A DNA stretch of 63,923 nt, counting the filler, from Octopus bimaculoides (taxonomy: Eukaryota): NCBI RefSeq assembly GCF_001194135.2. It is 6 parts of 5 records of this genome, joined end to end, with 100 filler letters (N's around TTAATTAATTAA, not from the genome) between each part and the next. Parts side by side here need not be neighbours in the genome. Positions count along the whole stretch, not along the records: positions 20,423 to 41,562 come from NC_068984.1; positions 41,663 to 53,154 come from NC_068981.1; 4 more parts are not named here. The stretch is one strand, 5' to 3'. The notes under the pieces were generated by a model. It ran no database searches. It was not told the origin of the DNA and saw only the letters and a program-made list of their open reading frames with translations. The position numbers and the translations under genes are program-made. This document shows, in pieces, positions 35,322 through 48,929 of this stretch; positions within the stretch are counted from its first letter, which is position 1; each line of letters starts with the position of its first letter.

Positions 35322-37656
35322 GGTCCCACTGAATACACGAATCGCATTTGCACATCTACCATTAGCGTTTATCACAAATGAATATTTGGAACACAAATAT
35401 CAGTGAAAATTTGCAATTTCAAATTTTATATACATGATAAATATTTGCCCCCAATAATCATAATTTAGAAAGAATGAAAGTGATAAAAGTTTGCTATTAA
35501 TGCTAAAAGTTATATCTAAAACTGTTCGGCTATCAAGGTTTGTTGAAGTAACAAACATTCATGTAAATACATGCAATGAGGATCTGTATCTTGTACATTT
35601 CAAAAGCAAAATATAGCAGCGTTTTTGTTTTCAATCATATAATCTTGTGCTTGATACCATATACTGTCTGACACAGTGTCCTAGGGAATAACTACGGTTT
35701 CCGAGGATTGAATGGTAAATGCATAGAAGAAATTATTATAAATTGGCTCTACTCCTTACATGTAAGATGCCGCAGCTTTTTGCCTAGATACAGTTCTGAA
35801 TTGCATTATTTACAAGGAGTATCTTCTTTGGTATGCTTCACATTACGTTGCACAAACGTTTGAAACATATATTTTGAGGTCCTACAATGAGAGTAATTAA
35901 TGAATAATTTAGTAGAGACGCCTGAGGTTTTAAAACGTTATAAAATTGATTCATTTAAAAATGACATTGCCGAAAAATCTCTTAGGCAGCTTCAAAAACA
36001 AATGATGATACAAAAGAAATCTTGTTTACTTAAAATGAACTGCAAGTATTTGTGGCAATGCCGGCAGAAATGATATTTAATTTCTTTTCTTCACTTAATC
36101 ATTTCAATATCTCACTACGATACTAACCTCATATATTTCTAGAAAAAAATGCATCATATTATTCAGCATTCTATAGCGGATTTTTCCTCTTACTATAAAC
36201 ATAATTTTCTTGGTGTACGTTCTCGGTAATGGATTAGTTTTCATCAACTTCTAGCTATATAAAGAGAATCATGTATAATTAATGGACATTAAACAAAGAT
36301 TACATTTCTTTGTTTAAATCTCATCGTTCTTGGAGCTGGGCGGGTATCCACAATATATTCTAACTTATAAGAAAATGAAACTGTAGCAAATAGTGAGTTT
36401 ACCGATACATTAGGATAACACTGTTATTGTTTTACCGTAATTTTGGAGTTGTCATCTTTGGCACAATTAACCAACAATATTTTGATGAAACCTTCAATCC
36501 ACTTTTAGAGTATGTGGTAGCATATGTAGCATGGCTTGAAAATTTCACGATACATAATGTGCTTCTTCTACACGTCATACGAAATTACAAACGTATACCA
36601 GTTATTTTTTATTTTTCATTTGTTAAGCTTTTTTGACCTCATTATAAATACATAGTTCACTCACTCTATTAGATATAGCTTTTGCATCTTTAGTTACTGC
36701 TGTTGCTATAAAAAATAGAAATAAAGAATAATGAAATAAAGGAGGTATAAATAGTGTGAAAATAAAAATGGCAGACTGCATCAAAATTTTCTATAATTTA
36801 ATCAATTTTGAATTGGTACGTGTGATGTCTCCTTTCACAGATATATATTAGTAATTTAACAAACCAGCGAAAAGGATGAAAGGAAATATTACTTACGAAT
36901 AAGTATGCTTTATGTGTTGACGGGAGACCGCCACATACCACCAGCACACACTGTAGCACTACAGAATGACACGCCAATCATTTTCTTTCATTTTACAGCC
37001 ATTCATTTCAATTCACTACGAATGCTATCTAATTAAGAACAAATTTAATAGTAAATCAAAGCTGTGATTTAAATTGAAAGTAATTTCATTAGACACTATT
37101 GCAATTTGACAGGATTTAATTAATGATAACTCAAGCATATGTCTTGTCCTTGAATGTAAGCTCATCAAACTTAAGATAAACGTCATATTCGACGTCTACT
37201 TTTTCGTTAACACCACCGCAATTGTCATCATTCAGTGCAGATTTTAACCAGGTAAATAAATATAAATGCACTAAAGTTATTTAAGATAAGAAATGAAAAT
37301 TGTACCGAAGTTACTCTTAACAACGTTAATACAAATATGTATAGACACATACTTACGAGTGTGTATATATATATATATATNNNNNNNNNNNNNNNNNNNN
37401 NNNNNNNNNNNNNNNNNNNNNNNNNNNNNNNNNNNNNNNNNNNNNNNNNNNNNNNNNNNNNNNNNNNNNNNNNNNNNNNNNNNNNNNNNNNNNNNNNNNN
37501 NNNNNNNNNNNNNNNNNNNNNNNNNNNNNNNNNNNNNNNNNNNNNNNNNNNNNNNNNNNNNNNNNNNNNNNNNNNNNNNNNNNNNNNNNNNNNNNNNNNN
37601 NNNNNNNNNNNNNNNNNNNNNNNNNNNNNNNNNNNNNNNNNNNNNNNNNNNNNNNN

Positions 37657-37692
<36 letters not shown>

Positions 37693-40600
37693 GAAGAAAA
37701 GGGAAATCAAACAGAAATCATGGTTACCTCTCCTGCTGAGGTTTCAGTTATCAAGTGATACAATGCTACATCTTGGATGCAATTAAGTGTGACTTTGCAT
37801 TACTAAATCAGGAGTGCGAAGTAAATATGATTGAATTTTTTCATAATATGATTTCAGTTACATCATGGACTCTTATTCGAAGGTGCATAAACATTGTATA
37901 CATTTCACATACAATGATATTGTACTGTATGTGGACACCACTACCAACTTGTACAAACCTGCAGGAGAGTTGGACATTTCTTTTTCGTTATTTCTGTTAT
38001 ACTCGATGGAGTTAGTGATTGTTAAACATTTAATAACTCCCCACCGCAAGCTTGAAAGGGTAATCAGCAATGAATATTATTATGTTATGTATGTGTGCGT
38101 GTGTAGTTTTAGCGACTCTAAATACGTCGCCGGTATATAAAGGAAAGAGTGGTGAAACTGAAGTTTGTGGCCTTCGAAATGAACGAAAGCTGGATGGAGA
38201 CCGTAAGGGTTAAATACAATCTGTCGATATACTGAAATGAAACAGAAATAATCTTTTAATATTACTTCCACATGACGTTCTGTTACTGGATTCAACATTT
38301 TGGTATCAATATAACCTACACCATTCCACGTCTTCATTTGTAATTCGCTAGAAACCGAAATAATTTGAGAAAATTACTATAATCTAAATATACACCCATA
38401 TGAAATGCAATGCAATCGAGGCTACACGCTATATTTTAGCAGTGCTGTGTTAGTTAGTACTGATATAATATTTGGAATGTATAATTCGGATATGAAAGTA
38501 TAAGTACGCCCTTTAGGCTCTAAAGATATATATTAAATACATATTGTACGTTCATATATGAGTTTCTGGGAAAGAAACAGATTTCATTCATAAAGTACAT
38601 AAAGAATTGCACTTACCTATTTACATCGTGGGTTGATTAGGTACATTCAGTTTGTAACGAATTATTTTTAGCACGAGTATCAATCAAATATTTTTGTTAC
38701 CAGTATACCCCGACAAAATGCTGTAATACACTCTCTGAAAATAGAAAGAGAGAACTCTATCATTAATCGGCATTTACTATTCTCTACTTTTCATTAATAT
38801 CAACACTTAATGTCACAGAAAAATGTATTAAGAGAATATTCTTTGAAATAATTCGCTTAATGGAAAAGCAAGCGCGTGTAAGCTTATACATGTAAGTGTT
38901 TGTAAATATAGTGGCTAAATAATGTTGAGTGAAATTAGTTTGAAACATAAAGCTTGTAAACATGAGTTAAGTAACATTTTATTTTCTAAGAAATGTTTCC
39001 ACATTAGAACGATTGTAGTAGTTCCACAATTAATTCCCTATACTTCCATTTCTGGAACTGCAGAGTAATAGCGATGAATTTATTTAGTCTTATGAGAAGT
39101 ATATGCTGACAAATAGGAATATCACCATGGCAGTTAAAGCATAGTATATATTTTTATCGTTTTCTGTTTATATATCTGTATACTGATTGTCGTTAAATTC
39201 TATGAAACATATCATTTCCTTAACAATATAAGTGGATCTGAAGTATTATTCCAAAAGGAAATGTTTGACATAAACCATTCACTGGAATTGTCACGTTAAA
39301 ATATTCAGTATATTGTTCCATGCGGTATCATGTAACAGGTGTTTATCAATTATTGTAAATAGGAATCTTCAATTCCAAAATGAAACTGACCATTTCTACT
39401 TTGCATCCACAATACATTCTGACGGAAACATTTATAATTGAGTGAAAGGAAATATTATTCGGATTATTTACATGCAACACATGTGAACGTGTTGCATTCT
39501 TTAACTAACATATGTTGCAAAATTGATTGTATTACATTTGCGACGGTCATCTCTCTTCACTCAGACTTCTAATGCAAAAGTACAACATCTGTACGAAATC
39601 CTCGAAAAATATAGTCCATAAAATCCTTACTATTATCTTCTTGAATCCAAACAGGTATTATTATCTATTATATTTCATGAACATTGTAATGAACTTATAG
39701 GTGTATGCGCCAAACGTATTCCACATAATCATCAGCTGCTCTTTTTGTTTTGAATTGAAACTATTTCTCGAAAAATATATTAATATCCCTTACTTAACCA
39801 TTAAATATAATTTTGAAATCTTCGAACTCAATTTCTGTACTAATTATTAGATAATTGATAAAATATATAGCTCATTACGTGTTCACAGTTGTTTATTATA
39901 CATATATAAGATGTCTATAGTAATGCAAAAAGTATCTTTGCGTTCGTTGAATTGATAATTTACGATCTGTCAGTGAGTTACGTAGGGTGAACTGATTAAA
40001 TGCACATTTTAATATATTCCCATAAGTTTCGGCAATGGTTGCATTGAAATTCTGCCAAAAGAGAACAGAGACGTTATCTAGCAAATACAGTAGAGGATTT
40101 CAAAAGAAAAAGTGGAAAAATGAAAGAAAAACTGAATGAAAAGAAAAGAAAAGTATAGAAGAATAAAAACTGTATTACGCACGGCACAAACAAAGTCAGT
40201 AATTTATATCTATGAGAATAGTAATGATGTTTGATTCTCTATTGTGCTAGCAGGAAATTACTTACACAATGGAATAATGTGTAGCATCTAGATATAAATG
40301 TAATTTCTATATTAGCAATACTCGATGTACCCTAAACTATACTCATGGAAAAATAGGCAAAAACGAAGTAAACAAACATACAACCATGCAGAGAACGATA
40401 GCAAGTAAAATGAAATATCTTTTGGTCCCTATTTAGAACTATATATTTGGCAAAATTCGCAAAAGTTTACGCATGATCAATAGAATAGAAATATAACTTA
40501 GAGCAAAACAGAATACACAAATAAGAAGATCTCCGCTAAATTGCAAATATTATATCGGTATGAAAAAAAACAGTCGACTCCTTGAACACAAATAGTAGTT

Positions 40601-40858
40601 TGATTTCAGCCAAAATGATTTGCTGAACACTAGCTTAATAGTAATTCGAAATAAAAACATAGTAGTAACCGCAACAGCATGAATATCATAAGAATTATTT
40701 TATGAAATTTGGTCTCGAAGGAATCGACACGAACGGGTTTGCACACGTTCATTCTAGGGATTGATATAGGGTCATGATTGTATAATCCACGGCATAAAAG
40801 TTAACCAGCAACAGGAAATCACTACACAATAACGAAATCTGATGTCACTGGTTGAAAT

Positions 40859-41040
40859 AAGGTGGTGAACAGGCACAATTGGTAGCATGCCGGATAAAAT
40901 GCTCAGCAGCATTTCAAATCTTCTGAGATCGACTGTGTCTTTTATCTTTCGGAGTCGATAATAAAAGTACCAGCAGAGGCCGATTCAATTGACTTACCCT
41001 TGGCCTTCGAGTCGCTGGCCTAGTGACAAAATGTTAAACC
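40859..41040 (+). mobile_element. SINE family A, diverged
   Basis: AAGGTGGTGAACAGGCA..TAGCATGCCGGATAAAATGCT..CTTTCGGAGTCGATAA..GTACCAG. Confidence 0.65.
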
Positions 41041-41370
41041 AACATTACTGTTTGAAATATTTAATGAGCACTCATACACATTAATAACATTTAATAACAT
41101 ACTACATTTACCAAAACGGCGATGACTTCAGAGAAACCCATTCAAGCCACGTGGAACGTCTTCTCTAGCATCAAAACTCACTGAAATCTAGGTGTATATG
41201 AATATATATATATATATGCTAAATGAAAAATGTATTAAATACTATGAAACGTACACAAGAGAGAGAGAGAGAAAGAAAGAGAGGAAGTTGGGATGCTAGA
41301 AATGTTCTCATCTCTCTGCCTTTCGCCACCGTCCGCTTAGCTTGCTGGTCAACATCTATCAGCTCTCTTG

Positions 41371-41424
<54 letters not shown>

Positions 41425-41912
41425 ATTATATATATATAAACATATTAAAACATAGGGTAAAAAATCAGATATTAATTAATATCGATTTATTACCAGGAAG
41501 CTAGCGCATTGAAAGTATCAGAGAGATTTTTTTAAAATATCTGAGATCTTAAGGGATTAATGNNNNNNNNNNNNNNNNNNNNNNNNNNNNNNNNNNNNNN
41601 NNNNNNTTAATTAATTAANNNNNNNNNNNNNNNNNNNNNNNNNNNNNNNNNNNNNNNNNNNNACTCGAGTCGCCTTTATATATTTATATTTATATATTTA
41701 TATATTTGATTCTTTATATTGAACACTCAATATTTCATCTACATTCAATACTTTCTTTCATGGTGCCATCCATTTTTATTTTATTTTATTTTATATTATA
41801 TATTGTATATTATATTATATATTGTATATTCCATATTCTATACCCCACATTGGTTCTGCAGGAATATAAATAAAACATAAAAAACAGACAGTGTTGGAAC
41901 TCTTTTAAACTA

Positions 41913-41953
<41 letters not shown>

Positions 41954-42612
41954 TATTGTGGTTGTCTGGAACTACAGCATCGGATGTTCCAAGTGGAATT
42001 GGATTGGATGCTTAACTATTATAAATAATCTGGGAAACACTTTATTGTATGATCTTACAGTGAGAAGAAGCCCTTGTGGTTAAGGACCATACGAGAAAGA
42101 GACTAGGTAATGAAAATCTAGATGGAGCTCTAAACTCAACAGTAGCAATCGTACATCTAACTATACTCAAGATATGCTATATATAAACTACCACAAATCA
42201 TTTTCCTAAATTGATATTTAAACTATATATTGTTGCTGTAAATCTGGTTATTTCAATTTGTATTTAGACATGTCATCATTACTTTGCAGGAAAATATTTC
42301 GCCAAATCTGCGAAATATATATATAGATTTTAATAACTCATTTCCGTAAAATACTTTTAAAGTTCTACTTTTAAGGTCAATTTCAATAATGCGACACTCC
42401 TTCAAAGCTATTTCCAGTCAATTGAAAAAAAACATCGTATTTCTCATATTTTAGCGGTTTCCGTACATCACCGATGTCAGTGAGCATGTAACATACACTC
42501 ACCATTCTTGCATATTTGCTGATTACAGTGTCACGTGATCTTAGATTTCTCTGCAGAAGCATTTATGATGTGTGTGCGTATACATACATACATGCATACA
42601 TACATACAAATA

Positions 42613-43197
42613 TAATTAATATAAACAGCACTTTGCAATGTTTCACTAAAAAGGAGAATGATAATTCTCATTAAATGTGACTTGAGTGTTAGGAAACACC
42701 TACATTGCTAGAAATAAGAGCTAAACCTCTCTAATGCTGTAGTTAACACACATGAATGAAAACACACTAACAGGGACGATAATAGTCCAAAAAGTGCCGA
42801 TCGAGACATCAGTTTCGGCAGTTTCGGCAATTTCCGTTGCCTCATCATCTAAGACCGCTCGATTGTCTGGCTCCTTCTGGACTCGCTTCGCCATTAGTAT
42901 TTATTTTCTTCATCCAAATTATTGGATAATTTATCGATTTGCTAATGTGTATATATAAAATTAATATAAGCAGCAGTCTGCAATGTTTCACCAAAAAGGA
43001 GAATTATAATTGTCACTAAATGAGACTAGGGTGTTAGTAGTAAGAATTCTCTATCGGCACTTTTCGGGTGATTATGGTTCCTGTTAGTGTATATGTCTTC
43101 ATTCATGTGCGTTAACTACAGCATTAGAGCGGTTTAGCTCTTATTTCTAGCAATGTAGGTGTTTCCTAACACCGTAGTCACATTTAGTGACAATTAT
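42613..43197 (-). mobile_element. Non-autonomous PLE/retrozyme-like repeat: ~1.2 tandem units of ~347 bp plus an inverted partial copy, with a hammerhead-like motif
   Basis: 42613-42690 is repeated directly at 42961-43035. 42661-42806 is repeated inverted at 43048-43197. The hammerhead-like core is at 42795-42860 on the minus strand. Confidence 0.6.
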
Positions 43198-43600
43198 ATA
43201 TATNNNNNNNNNNNNNNNNNNNNNNNNNNNNNNNNNNNNNNNNNNNNNNNNNNNNNNNNNNNNNNNNNNNNNNNNNNNNNNNNNNNNNNNNNNNNNNNNN
43301 NNNNNNNNNNNNNNNNNNNNNNNNNNNNNNNNNNNNNNNNNNNNNNNNNNNNNNNNNNNNNNNNNNNNNNNNNNNNNNNNNNNNNNNNNNNNNNNNNNNN
43401 NNNNNNNNNNNNNNNNNNNNNNNNNNNNNNNNNNNNNNNNNNNNNNNNNNNNNNNNNNNNNNNNNNNNNNNNNNNNNNNNNNNNNNNNNNNNNNNNNNNN
43501 NNNNNNNNNNNNNNNNNNNNNNNNNNNNNNNNNNNNNNNNNNNNNNNNNNNNNNNNNNNNNNNNNNNNNNNNNNNNNNNNNNNNNNNNNNNNNNNNNNNN

Positions 43601-43639
<39 letters not shown>

Positions 43640-43641
43640 AC

Positions 43642-43695
<54 letters not shown>

Positions 43696-45856
43696 GCACA
43701 CATACTCAAATATACATAAATGCATATACACTGGCCCTGAATATTTATTTGGTGTGCTAGATTGTTCATCGAGTTTTTGATCATTACTAAGTCCAGCATT
43801 AATTCCATAACAAATAGCTGGTTATCTTCTGATCGCATTAATTTGAAGAGACCTTTTCATTCAAAATCTTAACAATATTTCTTTCCAAATGAAATTCACC
43901 ATTCAGCATCGACAAAGAGCGCAAGAAAGGCAACATCAAAAAAGGTAAACTAACTCATTGTCGTAATAATTATAGAAAAAATTAAATTATGAAGTACTTT
44001 TTTCTTGGAGGTATAGGCTCACAGAGACTGTTTCCTCTCAGTGCTAAATTATTTAACATCAAAACAATCACTCCAATAAGTGATATTTGTGGAACACAAG
44101 AGGAGAGTTACTGATTATAATTCTTATTTTCAAAACTTAGAAGTAAATGATTTATGTATTCCGGCAAATAGAGAACCACGTGGAATAACTGATCAGCGAC
44201 ATCCAGAAGCATAGAGAATACCTGCTCGCATTAAGGATAGTTGATCACATCTTTCTGCTATTGGCCATAACAACAGCAAAGATAAGTCTGTCATAAGCTG
44301 AAGTGTTAACAATATGAACACTTTAAAGAAATTTTTATGAAATAGATCGAGATTAATTCATTCCTAAAACAAGATAAATTTGACTCGCATTAATAAAAAT
44401 CTAACAAAACTGAAGTTGACGCTAATTATACAACATGTTAACATTCACAAGATAAAACATCATTTTAGCAAATGCGCAATGTTTATTTTCTTTAACATCT
44501 GCTTAGTAGTTCTTTGAAGATTCTGAAGAATTATAAAGAAAAATTGTAAGTAATAAAAACTGAAGAATATCTTATGAAGAAGAGCCACCGCATAGTGATG
44601 ATATTCTCAAAAATGATAAAGAGGTAGAGTTTGTTCAACAAGAAGCTACAACTCCACCTAATAATATCGCAATCAATAGCGTGAATATTTTTCTTGAATC
44701 TTACTGGGAATATTACAGGTATCAAGAGGTCGACGAGAATATACTACGATGGCATTTGTAATAGAGCACGCGTCAACTGCAGAAAAGAGTATGGTCCCCG
44801 GAGCTTTGTGCTTACAATAAATCAGTAGGCCCTGCTGTGTTTACTGAGTAATTGTTGATACCAGTAATTATTCTAATATTGGGTCACTCAGTTCGACTCA
44901 GAATTAAACCTTGACGATTGATGTTAATAGCTAGAAATTACTAACTGCAACTAGAAATTTTTACATCAATAGTGATATTGACTGTAAGAATGTAAATGGA
45001 AAACAAGAAGGCAGAGGCTTAACATCGACTCAAATAGCCTTTGAAAATCTCATCATAATCATTAGACAACACTTACAAACCATCAAATTTTGTGGTGCAT
45101 CAATGGATTGAATTTGCACACGTGAGGCAAATAATACCATTAGAGTTGGAAATGCTCCCATTGGAAAGTATTCATTGTTTAATATACAGGGTTGCATGCA
45201 TAGAGAAGCTGTTCATGTTTATCAGAATAGAATTATAGCCGAAAGATTTTTCTGCTTATCAGCAGAGTCATAAATGTCTCTATAGTAAGAAAGTTTGATA
45301 GTGGTACTAACACAGATAACGAGACGAATTTATTTGGAACTAACAATTTTGAAGAGAATGGTTTTGCAAATAGCAGCAAAATGCCTTATGCACAAAATGT
45401 CACGACAACACTCTTGCCTTACGATGCATAATCTGGTTTAACAATATACAATGCAACTCGTACAGCTATAAAAATGAAAAGATAAGAAGTTACATTGGAA
45501 CCTATAATATGTAATAGTAGAAGAATGTTCGTTATAAGACCTCTGTAAAATGGAGGTATAACAGTCCAGACAGAATAGTCTAAGACAAGGAGAAGAAACC
45601 GTGAACATTATTATAAATCAGTTGTCCAGTAGACTTTAACGTAATGTTAAAGATAGAAAGAAAATAAGCATCTATGAGAAATCTGCGAATAGTATACTTA
45701 GAATATAGCATACTTGAGAATACTGGAATATTTAGTTGTGTGTTTAACTACGGTAGCACCAATCTGGAGAAACTAGAAAAGCTACGGGCACATGCAAGTC
45801 GTTAATAGAAATGAAAAATATGTAAAACAATCAAGAAGTTTAGCTTGCAGAATGTA

Positions 45857-47050
45857 CAGAGGTTGGACAAAATAATGGAAACACCTTAAAATTTCAAACA
45901 AATTTATTTTAATATGGGGTAGGACCGCCTATAGCAGAAATTACAGCTTGCATTCTCCGCGGTATGGACTCGTACAAAGTTTGAATTGTTTCCAAAGGAA
46001 TTTTTGTCCATTCTTCAGCTAAGACAATCTCCAGTTCTTGTAGTGATGATGGTGGAGGATATCGAGGCTTTACTTGTTTTCTAAAATGCACCATAAATGT
46101 TCAATAATATTGAGATCTAGGGACAGTGGTGGCCAGATAAGATATTCAACTTCACCAGAATGTTTCTCTTGCCATTCAGTAACAACTTTAGCTGTGTGAA
46201 TTGCTGCATTATCATTCTGAAAGATTGCGTTTCCCTCTGGAAACAGTTCTGCAACCATAAGATGAATTTAATCAGATAAAATGCTAAAATAGTCTTGACT
46301 ATTAATTCTGCCATGAACGGAAACCATTAGGCCAGCGGATTTCCAAGATATAGCCCCGCCAGGTCGTCACACATCCTCTTCCATGTTTAGAAGTTGAAAG
46401 AAGGCAGTCTGGGTCAAATGCTTCTTTTGGTTGTCTCCACACATATACTCGGCCAGTGGTCGGAAATAAGGTAAAGGATGATTCGTCCAAGAAAATAACA
46501 TTCTTCCACTGCTCTAAGGACCAATTCTGTAGGATTTTACTCCACTCTAAATGCTTTGTAACGTTTGTTTTTGAAAGTAATGGTTTTCTGATTGCAACCT
46601 ACCTGTGAAATCCGGCTTTGTGCAGCTCCCTGGCGACCAGTTTTTCTAGAAATTGGGTTCTCGAGGTGATCATTAAGTTCTGCAGTAATTTTGGGAGTTG
46701 TACTTTTGTGATGCTTTCTAGCAATTCGCGTAAGAGTCCGACGGTCCCTATCTGAAAGTTTTGGTTTTCTTTTGGAGTTTTGTTTCGACGAGGAGGTTTT
46801 TCCCTCTTTCTCAAAGGCTGTCATTACTTATGAGACAGTACTTCTTGATACACCAAATATTTAGGCTGTTTTCGTTATGCTAGCGCCTGCCATACGAGCA
46901 CCAACAATTTGACCTCTTTGAAAGTCCGATAGATCTCTCATTTTAATGAATTTTAATTACCTTTTTCTGATATCTGAAAGGAAACAGTAATTTTAGCAAA
47001 ACATATTAAGCAATACTAATAATAAATCAAAGAAACATAAAAATAAACAA
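45857..47050 (-). mobile_element. Tc1-like transposon with D,D36E spacing, decayed; one TIR retained
   Basis: Transposase 46941 to 45909: MRDLSDFQRGQIVGARMAGAS, DESSFTLF, FQNDNAAIH-(36 residues)-DLNIIEHLW, GGPTPY*. TA plus CAGAGGTTGGACAAAATAATGGAAACACC at 45855-45885; no partner TIR was found. The right boundary is approximate. Confidence 0.9.
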
Positions 47051-47365
47051 GCTTTTAACGGTTTTATAGTTATTTCATATTTATGATGCTATGATGCTAG
47101 CATATATATGTATTGTCAGATGATCGTTGACTCTTTTGGGTCAATCCGCCCTTTGCAGTGTGTCTAAAAAAAAACACTCACAAAGTAGCTGGTTGAGGAT
47201 GGTGTTTTAGATAGCAACCCCTGAGCATCTAATGATTGCGGTGGATGGGGATAGGTTATGTGCTGTCAGTAGTGCTCAGGAGTGACATGCACATACATAA
47301 TACATACATACATGCATACATACATACATACATACATACATACATACATACATACATACATACAT

Positions 47366-48215
47366 AAGCTCCATGATGATAGTAACATTGATCATCAAAG
47401 CAGTTTATCATGGACCAATAGACGGATTACTACCTCTCACTTTGAAGGGTATGCGTTTGCAATCCAGGAATAGGAAATATCAATCAAGTACCTGATACAC
47501 AAAAGGGATAAAGATGCAGGAAAAGCCATATAATGTGACAGCCGATGCAGCCTTTGTAGAGTTCATACTGAAGATATCACCCAGATCATAAGCAGTTGTC
47601 CGAAAATGCTATCACGGTATTATCTATCGATGAGACATGACGTTGTAACTAGGACACTCTGGAAGGAAATCCGTCAGAAGGATGATCCCGGTGACAAAGA
47701 AATAAGAACCCATAATAAGGTAGAAGGAATGCTGGCGGAATGTACCAGCGAAGATCTCTATGAAATGTAAGAACAACAGACCTGATATAATGATTTGGGA
47801 TAGAGAAGAGAAACCGTGTACAGTTGTGGAAATTAGCTGCCCAGCGGATGTTAACATAAAGCTGAAGATCAGTGAAAAAGAGAACACCTATGCTGAAGTA
47901 TTGAAAAATCTGCAGTTACTCTATCCAGATTACAAGTTCAGGTTTATACCTGTAATTATTGGGGCCCTGGAATATGTAACACCCTGCCTGAATACCAATC
48001 TTGAGGAATTAGGCTTCTCGAAACCAGAAAGGAGAAAGCTAATTCGGAGACTACACATCCAATCCATCATTGGAACTAAAAATCTGTAAAACTTTCTAGA
48101 AGTTTATCATTTAAATATATATGAGCATCTCTAGATATGCAACTCTATGCATGAGAATACATACATTAAACATACAAATCTGCACATACATACATACATA
48201 CATACATACATACAC
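47366..48215 (+). mobile_element. 5'-truncated R4/Dong/NeSL-type RLE LINE (CCHC plus PD-(D/E)xK endonuclease, 3' UTR, (ACAT)n tail)
   Basis: SHFEGYAFAIQE*EI, CSLCRVHTEDITQIISSCP..RHD, NNRPDIMIWD..VVEISCP..KENTY..FIPVIIGALE. Flanked on both sides by (CATA)n. Confidence 0.88.
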
Positions 48216-48442
48216 ACATACAAAACGCCTATATGAACAGAAAGGTCAGGTGGCCAGACATATTACTTATCAATAAGAAAGGATAGACCGTTATTTATAT
48301 TATATGAGGTTTTTGAACTTCCGGTTTTGTTTTACGCAGGACTTTATAGCTATTAGCCTGCTATCTGTCGATTTGCATCTAAATATCTATTTCATTTCTG
48401 TCCCACCGCATGCATATGCATCTTTATATGTGTGTGACTCTC

Positions 48443-48483
<41 letters not shown>

Positions 48484-48788
48484 ATATATATACCTATAAA
48501 CACATATGTATATATGTCTGTCTGTCTGTATGTATGTATGTATGTATATTCATAATGATGTTTGTGTCTATGTATACGCGTATGTGTGTGAGTGTACGCG
48601 TGTGTGCAAGTGCCTGGGATTTCGGATGATTAAATGAGTATCTAGGTAGAGCAAGCAAGAAGTAAAAAAGATACTCTAAACGGCTTTCATAGAAATGACT
48701 GTGCTTTGGTACTAAAGTGAAATAATATAGCGGCGACTGCTTTTTATTTTAAAGTCGACCAACGTATTTGCGGTTAATAACCGACATT

Positions 48789-48833
<45 letters not shown>

Positions 48834-48893
48834 NNNNNNNNNNNNNNNNNNNNNNNNNNNNNNNNNNNNNNNNNNNNNNNNNNNNNNNCGCAG

Positions 48894-48929
<36 letters not shown>

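Noticed and set aside
37865-38015. FTYNDIVLYVDTT resembling a MAGUK SH3 segment
   Set aside because: Only a short resemblance; the flanking conserved SH3 residues are absent and there is no convincing donor site.
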